Shown piece by piece: positions 1 to 13,408 of a stretch of 64,000 bases of DNA. A model generated the notes under the pieces. That model was given only the letters and a program-made list of their open reading frames with translations. It had not been told where the DNA came from and ran no database searches. The stretch lies in assembly GCA_964270895.1 (NCBI GenBank), contig OZ185446.1; one strand, written 5' to 3'. The stretch's first letter is position 1. The number at the start of each line of letters is the position of its first letter. A program made the translations under genes and the position numbers. Source of the stretch: Podarcis filfolensis. Its lineage: Eukaryota.

Positions 1-204
1 AGGAAGAGGAGATGCAGGGGAGGGGAACCTGCCTAATAACCCGGAGGACCGTGGAGAGTTAGAAAAAAACAATAACATGGAACTAGATGGTGGACAAATA
101 GGTTGACTTAATATAAGGCAGCTTCCGAGATTCCTCCGGCTAATGGGATTGCATATAGATTTAAGCCCTTTAAGCTAATTTCTATTAATGATATTGCCTT
201 AAGG

Positions 205-336
205 CACTGTTTCCTCAAACTCGGGTCTCCAGATGTTGCTGCACTACAACTCCCATCATACTTAGCTTAGCAGCGGTCAGGGATGATGGGAGTTGTAGTC
301 CAACAGCAGCAGGATACCTGAATTTGAGAAACACTG
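205..336. mobile_element. hAT-type MITE (ctacaactcccatcat / gatgatgggagttgtag family)
   Basis: TIR cactgtttc...gaaacactg, 8-bp TSD ccttaagg / tcttaagg (197-204, 337-344), internal palindrome. Degraded relatives lie near 5640-5760, 9020-9120, 15320-15620, 18860-18960, 33110-33200, 37040-37310, 39100-39220 and 43200-43320. Confidence 0.75.
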
Positions 337-2889
337 TCTTAAGGTGTGGGTTAAGTGAGACCAACAGGGAGCATGCTGAAGAAGCCCCCACCCCCCACCC
401 TAAAAAAGTCATTTTTGCATGGAACACAAGCCAATCAAGATAGTGCATGGAAGAGTAGATGATATGCAAACTCTGCAATTCTGGCATTCTGGTTTCCCCT
501 CTCATGTTTACCTCTCCTAGGCTCACTTTGCATTTCGACTGCTTATTAATAGAGTAGCTATTAAGGCGCCTTCTGTGCTTGGTCTTACAGAGTAGAACCA
601 CTTACTGTGTGGCCTTTTTATTTTTAGTAACTATCATAGTAAAGTATCCTCTGAATGTGTTTACTTTACATGTCTGAAGCCAAAATTTGCCAAGTATGTT
701 AGTCCACAAGCACTGTGTAGTCTAGAAATGGCTAGAACTATAAGTTATTATAAACAGAGTGCCTTGGAAGGCATTCGTATAATATAGCTATTTATGGAGA
801 TTTACCCATTGCGAATTTGGTTCAGTGCCCAGTAATGTATATGTGGTTATTTTATTTAAAAAAAAAACAAAACTAAAAATGCCTGCGGATTCACTGAAAG
901 ACAAAATATATATTCAATCTTTCCCACTGAATGTATGTTTGTTAATTAGAACTTCAGCTTATCCAAATAATTCCACCTCGCTTAATCTGCTCTCCATATG
1001 TAGCCCTTTCAGCTAAGAACACATTGAGGTTTAATTGAATCAGTGCCATAGAATAAATACATAATGCATGGATCTGTGCAGTTTTGTATCCTAATGACTT
1101 TGAACAGATTTATTAGGAACTATTACAATAATTTAATGAGGGAAATATTTTAAGCGTCTTCTGGAAACACTGTTTCTCTATAATGCAAGATTTAATATAT
1201 TGCATTAATTTTTCATGAGGACCTGGCATTTTATAGTTGCCAGGTAACTTGGTTGTGTTCGTGTCCGACTGTGAGTTGTGAACGGGTGTGCGTGTGCCTT
1301 CATTCAGTGCTTGTACCTCCTTAAAACCTTGAGCATAGGAAGCTGCCTTATTGTCAGGGACAGGTAGGGCTCTGAAGAGTGTGGGGCAGAGGCAGGGGAC
1401 TAGGGAGGAAGACCCAAGAGAGGGGACCAGTGATGTATGGGGTTTGGCGCCACCCACAAGGCAAGACCAAGGGCAGCAGGAGGAGGAAGAGTCAAGGCAG
1501 TCCAAGAAGGAGGAAGGTGGAAGAAAAAGAGGCTATTCTGGTGACAGACAGGTTAGTAGACCTTCCGGTGCCCTGCTGTCTCCTAGAACTAGGAGGGGCT
1601 TGAAATGGGAAGAGCAGCAGTGGTGACTTCCGTACAGGAGAAGTCTCAGGTTGCAGGCACGCGCCAACTATTGTCCCACGTAGCTTAGCACTGCTAATCA
1701 AGGGATGGGCAAATAGTAGCTCTCCAGATCTTCTTGGATACCTAATCACATCATCCTTGGCCATTGGCCATACTGGCTGGAAGGGTCACAGTTTCCCCTG
1801 GAAAGCCACAAATTCTCCATCCCCAGTCTACATAAAGCAGTTGTAATTGTGAACTACCCTGGGATCTTCAAATGAAAGGTGGTATACAAATCTAGTACGT
1901 AATTCTTCAAACACTAAAACAATCCAGCTTCTTACCATCAGTTATGGAGACAGCTTGTTTCAAAAAACTGCAGTTAAGATTAACCACAATTTAGGCTTGG
2001 AAGTGATCAACTGAAATCAGAAACAAAGGCATCTAGTCTCTGCTCCACAACCGTGCCAAAGGAGAGAGGACAGCAGAAGAGCCTGAGGCTCTTTATGTGG
2101 CTTGTTCTCATTGTACTAAACTATGATTTGGCCATGTTTTGACATCAAACTAATACCTTCTTCTGCTCTAAAATATATGGTAGCACAGCATCTCCTCATA
2201 TAAGGGCATCTCCAGTGCTGGCTAAATGTTTTTGCCAAGAAATATAAAGTAAATTCGAGAGGGGGAAGTGCAGCATTTTCCAACCACAATCGCGAGGAAT
2301 AAGATGGGTTAAAATCTTGTGTCTGAAATTCCAAGACCAGAAGCAGGAATGGATTTTCTTTGTTGAGGTTTTAAGGCTTCTTTGTGAGCTCTGGTAGAGA
2401 AGAGAGCCTCATTTATACATTTTACAGGCAGTTTAGCTTGGTTGCGTCTGATGCCATTCAACATTTTTAAAAGCAGAATTCCAAATGGGTGAGTTATTTA
2501 TGTGTTTTCACTTACTTTACATTTTCTCTTTTAGCGGATTCCAGGTCCTGCCCGTATTGTAATTTCTTCTGCATTGCAAAAGGGCACAGTGTGCTGTGTT
2601 AAGCAACCACTTGACGTGGATTTGAGATAGAGCCTTGCTTTGCACTGTTGATGTACTTATATACTTTCTGAGGCTATGAAGTGGTTTCCTTTAATGTGGC
2701 AAGTACACGACAACACAAATACATCAAACATACCCAGATACAAAGAACCATGGCAAAGGGCCCAATAATGGCTGATCATATTTAACTTCTACTCCTAAGT
2801 TCTGATATATATCCTGTATATAAAGCATTTCCAATAGATTTCTGGTTGATTATTATTATTATAAACCAACCCAGACTCTGCGTTTGGCA

Positions 2890-3230
2890 ACTGAAGCTCT
2901 TTTTCTTGAGTCCCCTCCTAAGGAAGTTCAGAGGGCACTGATACAATAACGGGCCTTTTTAGTGGTGTCTCCTCGCTCATGGAATGCTGTCTCCAGAAAC
3001 ACCAGGCACCATCACTATCTGCTATTAGGTGCCAGACAAAAATATTTGTTTTAACCGAGGCTTTTGGCCCTTAATTTGGAGGGGTTGAGATATTTGTGGC
3101 CTCTTTCAGTGGGTGAGATGTGTTAGAACTTCCTTTTGTATGTTCTTAGGTTTTCTTTCTGCTTTGGTTTCATACAGGTTTTAACCTTTGTACTGTTTTG
3201 TAACTTACTTTGAGTCACCTTTTGTTAAAG
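2890..3230 (+). mobile_element. Old L2 3' remnant
   Basis: gggcctttttagtggtgtctcctcgctcatggaatgctgtctcc...taggtgccagacaaaaat...ggcttttgg resembles L2 3' ends. Confidence 0.5.
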
Positions 3231-4352
3231 CAACAACTAATGGGTGTAAATATTATTACTACTACTAGGAATTGCAAGTGGAGAGAATCCTGTTGCGCCC
3301 GGGTCCTGCTTGTAGTATCCAGTTGCTCACTGTGGGAACAGCATTCTGGACTAGATGGGTTATTTCTTATGTTCTTAGGAAGTTCTGCTGAACTGAACCC
3401 CATCTGAAGTTTTGTCCTACTTAGAACCTTAGCTGAATGGCTTATATGCCCCCTGGTGACCAGTCCCCAATCTCTGGCATAGTTCTGTTTGTCATTCTCA
3501 TATATGGGTTTGTTGAAATGCTTATTTTATTCATTTTAATTAAAAAAAAATTGTTTCCCAAGAGTCCAAGCAGATACTTAAAACAAATGCAATAAAGCAT
3601 TTTAAAACAGCAGCAATTGTAATAAAATCTGAAACCAGATGTACAGCAGAGGCCATCGGATACTGCTAAGTACTTGGGTTTGCAAAACGCTGTGCACGTC
3701 ACACCTAAAAAAATATGTATTATAAATGTGCTTACTCGGTTTTGCTGGCTTACTGGTAACTCTGCTGATGGGCAGGGTGTATTTACCAGTAAACAAATAA
3801 AAGTTAATGGAGACGGAACAAATGCTTTGGAAAGGTGAAACATGGCACCATGGCCAAGGCCTGCCAGCTAGACACTCACCCTGCTTCTGAAGGACCTCAG
3901 TAGACAACATCCAGGCAGGTCCATCTGGGAGTGACATCCTTGTCAGCATAATTCTTCAGTTGTGATGTCTGCAGCTGAACACATATATCAGAATAGGATC
4001 TTTCCTGTTCTTCGTAAAGCTGAACTCTGACAATAAAAACCTTGGAGGTTTTTTTTTTTTTACTGCAATCTATTTTAAACTGCCTTGAGGATCATTCGAT
4101 TAAAAGGCAGGATATCAGTCTTTTAAAAGAGAACAGTTTGCCTGTGCTAAATCTGCAATAGCTCATTCACAAACAAATGTCCATTACTCATTGACTGCAG
4201 CAGAGAGGTGAGTGAATCAGTCTGTTTTTGCTCCATGTCAATTTCTCATATGTGTGTACTGTGATTTTTTTTAATAAAAAAAGCTGGATGAGATTTCAAA
4301 TTTAAATAAGCATTGAATCACAGTGCATGTTTACATATCTGTATATGCACTT

Positions 4353-4719
4353 AGGGACGCGGGTGGCGCTGTGGTCTAAACCACAGAGCCTAGGGCTTGC
4401 CAGTCGGAAGGTCGGTGGTTCGATTCCCCGTGACGGAGTGAGTTCCTGTTGCTCTGTCCCAGCTCCTGCCAACCTAGCAGTTTGAAAGCATGTCAAGGTG
4501 CAAGTAGATAAATAGGTACCGCTCCGGCGGGAAGGTAAACGGCGTTTCCATGCGCTGCTCTGGTTCACCAGAAGCGGCTTAGTTATGCTAGCCACATGAC
4601 CCATAAAAACTGTCTGCAGACAAACGTCAGCTCCCTCGGCCAGTAAAGCAAGATGAGCGCCGCAACCCCAGAATTGTTCGCAACTGGACTTAACTGTCGG
4701 GGTCCTTTACCTTTACCTT
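4353..4719 (+). mobile_element. Sauria SINE, full length
   Basis: tRNA-like head gggacgcgggtggcgctgtggtctaaaccacagagcc, core ctgccaacctagcagtttgaaagc...gtagataaataggtacc, (ACCTTT)n tail. TSD tatatgcactt at 4342-4352 and 4720-4730. Confidence 0.93.
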
Positions 4720-7700
4720 TATATGCACTTCTAAGTGTAGCTTATACTGAAATACACATTTTAAACATGGAATTCGCAAACGTGTGAAATGCAAAAGATA
4801 ATGGTATTCTGATCCACACATTTGTCCGGAAGCGTGCCTCGGGTCTGTTGACATAAGAATTTACAGAAATAAAGCTCCTCTAACATCCCTATCGGAGCAT
4901 CAAGTTGCGACTTTCAGGTGCGAATGAGCTTTCACAGATTTGTCACAGAATTTCCACTGTTCTAATACAGAAATGCAAAAAAAAAAAAGCTTGCATTTTT
5001 AAGCAGTTCAGTTCTGTTTGCACTTTGGGACTTCCCGCCTCCTCTTAATGTCTATATTTACACCCCAAACTGCACAATAACGTGATGCACAATGAAATGA
5101 CAAGAAAGAGGAGAGGAGCCACAGGGTGTACCCTTAATTTCCCCACCCTTCCTATTTCTGAAACTCTCTGTTGCCCTGTATTACTGCTAACATGGGTTGA
5201 GCTTCCAAATGTAGGAGATGAGTCAGGACATGCTGATGGGACCAATAATGTGTTCTTGGCTTTCAGACTCTTTTAAATTGCCACCACACTTCTCTGGTTC
5301 CTTTCCATTTTCAAAGAGGAAAAATAACTCACCTGAAGCGTATAAATCCAACAGATAAAGAATAACTTTTGCAGTATCAAAGTGTGATGGAACCAGTGTT
5401 TCGCATAGACAACAGTACAGGAAGAATAAATTTGCTCTACAGTTTTCAAGAGGAAAAATTTTGGCTGGACACTATAAATCAAGTGCAGAATATAGATATT
5501 ACAGTGTAGCAGCAACTGCTGATTGCTTTCTCTTCCATTGCTGATATATAATTAAGGATTGAAATCTAACAGCTGGGATTGATTTTAATCGCATCGTTCA
5601 GAGGTGGAAAGTGCCACTGGCTATCTTATTCATTCACAATTCCTAAAGCAGCCTTCCCCATCCTGGTGCCCTACAAGTGGTTTGGGGTACAGCTGATCAG
5701 GCTGCTTGGAGTTGTAGTCCAAAACATCTGGAGGTTGCAGGAGGGTGGTTTAGAAAAACAAGTCAGGGTCTTGAGTTACAATTTGAACTTGGTTTTACTT
5801 CTCTAGTTAAACATAGATAAAACCATATCAGGATAGAATTGCATCAAAAGTTTCAAGTGTTTTTGTCAATATTGTTGTTTTGTTCTTCCTCCTTTTTTAA
5901 TTTTACAAATTGTGCTGCTGGCTACGTGGACCAGGTGGAATAGTTTGCTAGTTCTTCAACAAGGAGAGTCCCTGCCTGCGGTCGTCCAGGGTACTGCAGT
6001 AGTCAATAAACCTGGGAAGCATGAAATTGGTTTCTTGTTAACAGACAACAATATGCCTTAAATAAACCAGTAGTGCAGATCTGCTGAAATTGGGACTTGC
6101 TTTCACAAATCTCCAAAGAGCTGTTCTAAAGCAGCATTATGGATGGAAACTGGTGACAAAAACCAAACATGAGAACATTGCTTGCCATAAGTCTGTGGCC
6201 TGGCTCCCAAGTGCTGCGTGTGGTATACTTTGCGTACACAATAGCTTTTCAGAGTCTCCTTCCAGCAACAGGTCAAGTGCTCTCTGGAGTGCTCTCCCAA
6301 GGATCATAAGAAGGGAACGTTTGGCCACTCCTTTGCAAATTCATGCAGGTATCTCTGGGTTTTGGCCTTCATATTCTTATGTATATAATGGTGGGGGGAA
6401 TGGAGGCAGGAGGAAAACGTGTGATTACCTGCATTGCACATATTTTAGCTTAGTTTTACTAAGGACTAGAGCAGGAGTGGGAAAGCTTACTCTGCCGGAG
6501 GGCCACATTTCCTTCTGGACAACCTTTTGAAGCTAACAGTGGGTGGGCCAGAGGCAAAAGTGAGCTGGGCAATTAATATATCCCACTCCCTTTGTACAGC
6601 TGGGTACATTCTACACACCTCTCTTTCTCTTTTATCCAGGCTGCCAAGGGGCATTATCTGAGTGACACTGCAGGCAGTCAGAACTACTTGGGGTGTGAAT
6701 CAGGTCCAGTGAATGTTGCGGCTGGGGGAGAGTTTCAAGTGTCGAACAGAACATTCTGGAGCAGAACTGTGACAGAGGGGCATTCTCTTGTTATGGGCAG
6801 GAAAGCATGCATTCAATATGTGTGTATGTTCAAACAGAAGTCCTGCCAGAGGACCAAGACATACAACAAAGAAAATCCCCTTGTGTTGCAAAATAGAAAG
6901 CTCTGAACACAAGCACACGTCGGCTAATAATATACTGACAAAATATTTATAACATTATATTGTTTCAAAATGCATAAACTGAAGACATATAATATGTGCA
7001 TGGAGTCACAAATAATAGGGATTAAATAAATGTTCCAAGAACAGGAATGTTAGGGATAGTGAGTCACTATCAAAGATCACTGAGATGGAGGTAAAATGCC
7101 TTTCCACAGTCAATATCCTACAAATGCGATGATAGGTGCTCCGAACGTAGCAATAGGATACTCCGAGCACAGCAGCAGACAGGCAGCAGACAGAACAGTT
7201 CTTCCAGGATAATGAACTGTTTCAATGATAATTCTTTGTAGTAAGCTTTTAAGTAATTGCTGATCCATGGCCATTTGAGGTACCTTTAGGAACAATTTAT
7301 TTGCTGATGAAGAATTATCATGATCTTTGCTAGAGGACCAAGACAGGCAGGTGTGAACAGGTGTAGTATAACACCTGAAGGCTGTGACCTTCCAACCCCA
7401 AGTGGGACATGTGTTTGAAAATATCTTTCCCTCTTAGGAGCCAAAGAGTTCTATCTCAGTGGGGTCTCTACCCTGTACCAATCCTGTAATGCCTTCTCCT
7501 GAGTCTTCTTTTTTAATATGAAAAAGAAGTTTCTTATCCAGCGCTAATGCTCTCATCTCATTTACTATAATCAGAATACAAGATCAGGTTGGATCCAGGC
7601 TACTATATTTGCAATGAGGTCCCACTGAAATCAGTGTGACAAGTCATTCATGAACTATGAAGTCCAAACATTTTCAGTGGGAACTTATTGCAGCTGTCTT

Positions 7701-8920
7701 ACAACTGGTTTACAACCCAATCCTATATACTCAGTTCAGTGGGACTTTCTCCTAGGTTAAGAGTCTGCAGGATTGCTGATCCAACCCAATATTATTCCCA
7801 TTTTACAGATATTGAATAACTTCATCTAGGGGCATATTGTGGCTTTTTTGGACTTTGAAGCCACACTTTCTAAGATCAAATCCTGCTCAACAGGGATGTT
7901 TTGGAGTTTGTTTGTTTGCAGTGTTTCAAAGTATGAAATTGCAGCCTGAGTGTTATATCAGAATAACAGCAGAGAATTAATCTGTACTTCCTTTTTTTCT
8001 TTTTTTGCCTTTAAGGAAAATGCTTACTTTGTAGAGTGCATTCCTATGGCTTTATTTTTAATAATGCAATAAATGAATACAAGCAAAGCAAAGAAGAAAC
8101 TGTTCAAGTTTCAAAAGCTTTTGTTCTGGCAGTAGACTTTTCCAGCACTTGCAAATGGAAAGGGCTTTGCTTTTGTTCCAAAGCCACTTGGAACAGTATT
8201 GCCTCTTTAATGCTTGCTATGAATACCATAAAGAGTCTTGTGTGCCTTTTTTAGTAACCAGAAAATGGCATGTTGAAATGATATCAAATGCACCATGTTG
8301 CATAATGTTACATGGCATTACTGGGGTTTTGCTGCTTGTTTAATGGCCAGTGTTGACCTGGAGAGGTGACAGAAATGACCTTGTCCTGTTTTGAGCATTT
8401 CCCAAATTATAATGGATCTTCTCGGCTTCCCCACCCAAGAATGAAGTAGGTCCACTGTTTTCATGCTATAAATGGGGTCCTGAATGCTGCACGTAAAAAT
8501 AGGCAGATGTGGGCTTAGTGGGTGCGGCATTGATAATGTGGGAGCAGTACCACTTAAGAATGCTAAGGAACTTGTAAACATTCTCATTTTGACACAGGGA
8601 GAAGATAAACTCTGCTTGCATTTTTGCAGCATGTTATTCTTCATCATTTTCTTCTTACTGCTCTTCCTGTTGTCAGTTTCACCAGCCAAATTTAGGATGA
8701 CTTTTTCCCCCCTTGTGCAAAAGAAATGGTTGCTTTGAGTTATTTGGCTTTATGGGTTAGTTGCATACACTTACATATTTGCATTGCCTATTAATCCAGA
8801 GGAGATGGCGAAATCATTCCATCCATAGAACGTGTTCCCTTGGTGACTTCCCAAACACTGACATCTCCTACTTGCTGCAAAAGAGATCACAAATATAATG
8901 GGGTGAGATTGCATTCACTC

Positions 8921-8922
<2 letters not shown>

Positions 8923-8959
<37 letters not shown>
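8923..8959. repeat. (AC)n microsatellite (others at about 9836-9866, 18631-18672 and 58446-58476)
   Basis: Directly visible dinucleotide tract. Confidence 0.95.
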
Positions 8960-9831
8960 ATAGGCATAATTCTTTGTGATTTGTGATTTTGTGTACAAAA
9001 TCTTGCAGCAGGATTGGGGGACCTTTGACCCTCCAGCTTTCGTTGGGCTCCAGCTACCATCATCCCCAGCCAACATGGCCAGTGGTAGGAGGCGGCAGGA
9101 ACTGTAATCCAACAGTGTTTGGCTTGTGACTTTTGGACAGAACAGAATTTGGCCCTCAGGCTGAATAAAAGCTTTTCCACCGCTACTGTAATGACAGGCT
9201 CTGAGCTGTGGGCTTTCCTCAGCCTGAGTAACTTATCTTGTTAGGGTATCCTGCTGGGCTGCGTTTCAGATACTTTGCCCAAACTTCTGTTGATGGGACT
9301 TGACATTCTGCCAGTCTTGAATAACTCTATATTTACCTCTCGCTCCCTGATCATTGGTGGCTGCTTATGGAACTTCGCACCTTGCACATCTTGGTCTATC
9401 TTTCCAACTCACTCTTGACCCCAGTGCCTGTTAGACTCTGACATTGCTACCATTTAGTAGGCATTGCTTTACGTGAGAGACACCAAAGGCTGTGGCTTAA
9501 GATGGAGAGTATCTGCAGCTTTGTCTTTGGAAAAAATCCCAGCTGAAAAGGAGATTAATTGTACACGCATATGACTCCCAGCATGCCCTATAGCAGAACT
9601 GCCACAATGCAATTATAGTTAGTGTTTTGCAGCACAAAACCTAGCCATCCTGAATGGGTATAATTTAGGTAAAAGCTTTCAGAAATTCAGTGCACCCTCT
9701 AATTTGTAGGCAAATATGATCCATCCATTTTAAACTTGACTTTATTTATTTATCAGGTATCTCAAAAGGCACAAAGAGAGATGTCAGTTTTCTGCACAGC
9801 TTTTGTTCCGCTGAACCTTTAACTGCTCTGT

Positions 9832-9868
<37 letters not shown>

Positions 9869-11489
9869 CTTGATTAACTAGATAGAATGACTTAGCAAGC
9901 CTCCTTTCAAATTAGCAGCCCATGTGAAATACTCTCTCAGCAATCTGTGACAAGCCATGTTCTGGTAGCACAAAGATGTCTTCTGGCTCACTTGAAAGCA
10001 AAATGTGCTTTGAGCCTTGCTTACCTGAAGGCAGAATTCCTCAGTGATTAGAAAAGCAAACTAAAAATAACTTCAGATTCATCTTCAGCAATGTGTTTGG
10101 GGAGAGTGAGTGAGTGAGTGAGAGAGAGCCTTCTGAAATCGTGTCGCTGTGCCCAGTGCTGGAACTAATACAAATTAAATTAAGAGTGTATTCCTCAGAA
10201 GTGAAATTTTCAGCGTTGTTCATGGCTGAGGTTGTGATTCAGAAACCACTTTAGCCCATCCAAGTTCAGCTGAATAATCCTGGATCACAAGAAATGTAAT
10301 GCACTTTAAATACAATATGTTGTTGTTGTTATGATTATTATGATTATAGCAGCAGGCAGCACCGGTCTCCAAATGAGATCCATACCAAGCCAGGGCTCCC
10401 CCACACCACACCTAAAAAACCCTAAGATCTCTGTCAGGAAATTATATGGGGTGCATTCACATGTCACAGGGATCCAAATGATGGTTTAATGTGCAGGGCT
10501 CCCTGCACATTTAATCTGGGCTCCCAAGGAGGAGATCACAGCCTTTTTGCTCCTCTCCAGACTATTTAGGTGAGCATAGTGTGGCAGCTAGACCAAAGCT
10601 TGACTTAGCATGCCATCCAAACTCAGGATTGCGGCTGAGGTCTTTCTGCTTCACCACCACAATCTGTAACAGCAGGACAAGCCACAGCTGTGGATTGAAA
10701 TTAAGGAGAGGCATTCACCATGATTTTTGGTTCGGACGATACCCTAACACAAACCTTGGCTTATCTACTGCCCTGCACTGACTTTTAAATACTCAGGGAG
10801 GGGCAAAGCAAATGTGAGCTTCTCTGCAGCACCCAGCAGGTTCACTTAGTCATAGTAAGCTATACCGTGGTTTATTGTGACATGCGAACCAGGCAACCCC
10901 ATGCATTATTTATATTTACATCTGAAGAGAGGCCTCACAAGGCTTCCCTGTCTAGAAGAAAATCCTTTCTTTTTCCTCAGTGTAAGGCCCTTGACGGGGG
11001 CAAGCTGGGGTGTGACAGCAACAAGCAGGGAAAGAGAGGGATTAATTTTATAAAAGAAATAAGAAAATTAATAAATGCATGGCTGCAGAATGCAGTGAAT
11101 GCACACTTTTCATTCAAGATCCCTGGCATTAGAAATAGGCCTAGGCAGTGCTTTTTCTCTAAAAAGTTTTTTACGGGTACTCTCATTTTCCTATTCATAT
11201 TGAAGTACTGCCCCTCAATGAGGACAAACTTAATTCACAAAATGGTTAGGGGTCTGCGTACCCCCAGAAAAAAAGAAAATACTCTTGTCTAAAATGCAGT
11301 ATAATGGTCTCTATATAATCTTGGGCTGGAGCTTTTGTTTGGGGGGGCGGTTGTTGCTGTTAATTTTTTGTATCTTTATTTTGGATCTTACAGTTTATGT
11401 GGAAATTGTTCTATTTGGTTGTGTACTTTTTGATGTTTTCTTTATTGTCTGTGACTACTTTTCTTTGTATGATTTTAACTTTGGAAAGC

Positions 11490-11533
11490 ATACCCTCCAA
11501 CATTTTTCCAACGGCAATAGGAATGTCCTATTC

Positions 11534-11579
<46 letters not shown>

Positions 11580-11890
11580 CCCTGCCCATCTTACTGAGTT
11601 GTCCCAGCCACTCTGGGCAGCTTCCAACATATATAAAGGCAAACATTAAACATTTTAAAAATACCTTCCCTATACAGGACTGCCTTCACATGTCTCCTAA
11701 AGGTTGTATAGTTCCTTATCCCCTTGGCTTGAGGGTTGCGTAACTTCATACCCTCCAACATTTCTCTGATGAAAATAGGGACGTCCTAAGGAAAAACTGG
11801 GCATTCCAGGCTCAAATCAGAAACTGAAATGGCTTCTGTAAATCCAGGCCTGACCATGGAAAATAGGGACACTTGGAGGGTCTGGAAAGG
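11490..11890 (-). mobile_element. Composite repeat: L2-type 3' tail with a (TAT)n tract (about 11533-11745) flanked by cataccctccaac...ttggaggg repeat sequence
   Basis: cccagccactctgggcagcttcc and aggactgccttcacatgtctcc match the L2 tail. The unit cataccctccaacattt...aatagg.a.gtcct occurs at about 11490 and again at about 11747. Confidence 0.65.
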
Positions 11891-11917
11891 CAGCATATAA
11901 ATAAAATGAAATGAAAT

Positions 11918-11950
11918 GATGGATGGATGGATGGATGGATGGATGGATGG
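11918..11950. repeat. (GGAT)n microsatellite preceded by (AAATG)n
   Basis: Directly visible tetranucleotide tract. Confidence 0.9.
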
Positions 11951-13180
11951 ATTGATATACGTTATTTCCCCAGTATGTTCCTCCCCAATATGTTCCTATG
12001 TTTAAGTGCCTGAAAACCCTTGAGGCATTCTTAACCAGAACACTTGAAAAGCCCAATTAAATTTCAGAGCAAACTGGCAGGGTCTCTTATATCTCTAGAT
12101 TTCCTGCTTTTCAGAATGCCATGAAAAGGGGAAGCCGAAGGAATGTCTGCTAGAATGGTGTTGCAAAGCTCCTAGGTGCTAACCAGGAAACGAAACACAC
12201 AACCTTGTTTCCATGGAGACCTATCTGGGCTCTATGTGAGATAGAACTTTAAGGGTTTTGATGGCAGGCCTTACTTTGTGGGGGTGGGCGGGGGGCTTAA
12301 AAGGGAAGAGTGTTCCTTGAGATTTCTTGGTTCCAGACTGCTGGGCTTTCAAAATGCTCAAGTCTGCAGATGAACACCTTCATGCCAGGTTTATTTCTTT
12401 GTAGCTCTTGTACTTCCCACTCCACACACATCATACCCAAACGTCCCAGAGCAGAGAATACATACAATTTAAAACAAAGTAATACACTGGGAAGAATATT
12501 ACACTGACAATATAATTCACAATGGGAATCACAAAACAGTAAAACCACCCAGTAGTAGCATTAAAAATTGCGCACTCAGCTTGTGCTTCAGAAAATGAGG
12601 TTTAACTTATTTATTCTGGAAAAAAATAGCTAGGATTTACCCCACCTGCTCATAGTCTTTTAAATAAAATTCATGCTTTTAACCCATTGATGGAGAGCCC
12701 TTTGCAGCCCAACAATCACATTCCCTGTTTGGAAGCCTTCCAAGGACCACCTCTGTCTTCAACTTTCCTTCCTTGGTGTCTTATGAGGAAGAAAAAGTGA
12801 CAAGCATGTGCATGGTCTCTGCTAGTGCCAAATGCTGTTCTCTGCTTCTTCTGACTTTGGCCACAGTCACATCATACCATTAAAGCATGATAACAGCTAT
12901 CACTTTAAACAGTCATGCCTTCCCCCAAAGAATTATGGGAGCTGTAGTTTGTGAAGGGTGCCAAGAGTTGTTAAGGATACCCTTATTCTCCAGGCATTAA
13001 TTGTGAAGCACCCTGAGAATCGCAGCTCTGTGAGAACAGGAGCCTCCTTACAACTCTCAGCACCCTTAACAAACCACAGTGCCCAGAATTCTTTGGCGGA
13101 AGCCATGCCTTCTTAAAGTGAAAACAAAAAAAAATTTTTCCTTCCAGTAGCACCTTAAAGACCAACTAAGTTAGTTCTTG

Positions 13181-13218
13181 GTATGAGCTTTCGTGTGCAT
13201 GCACACTTCTTCAGATAC
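13181..13218 (-). ncRNA. Minimal type I hammerhead ribozyme motif, copy 1
   Basis: Minus strand reads GUAU-CUGAAGA-A-GUGUG(CAUG)CACAC-GAAA-GCUC^AUAC: 4-bp stem I GUAU/AUAC, CUGANGA core, 5-bp stem II, GAAA, palindromic AGCU stem III, UC cleavage between 13185 and 13184. There is one extra A after the core. Confidence 0.8.
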
Positions 13219-13370
13219 ACAGGTTGATGGACTTCCATTTCATGCGGCTCAATGTGGTGCCTTCCATAGTTCCAGTTACAGATAGGTAGCCGTGTTGGTC
13301 TGCCATAGTCAAAACAAAAAAATTTTTTTCCTTCCAGTAGCACCTTAAAGACCAACTAAGTTAGTTCTTG

Positions 13371-13408
13371 GTATGAGCTTTCGTGTGCATGCACACTTCT
13401 TCAGATAC
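13371..13408 (-). ncRNA. Minimal type I hammerhead ribozyme motif, copy 2
   Basis: Identical to copy 1, offset by exactly 190 bp. Predicted cleavage between 13375 and 13374. Confidence 0.8.

Noticed and set aside
1353-1640. tgtcaggga-starting purine-rich segment resembling the 13912 LTR (also tgtcaggg at 35788)
   Set aside because: Only the first few bases are shared, and I found no confirmed 3' end or TSD.
4353-4440. tRNA genes suggested by A/B-box-like motifs (also 39400-39440 and 47100-47182)
   Set aside because: They are tRNA-derived SINE heads continuing into SINE bodies, with no complete cloverleaf.
11285-11743. 152-aa ORF with poly-Tyr, and poly-Ile ORFs at 11397 and 20576
   Set aside because: These are translations of (TAT)n/(AAT)n LINE tails.
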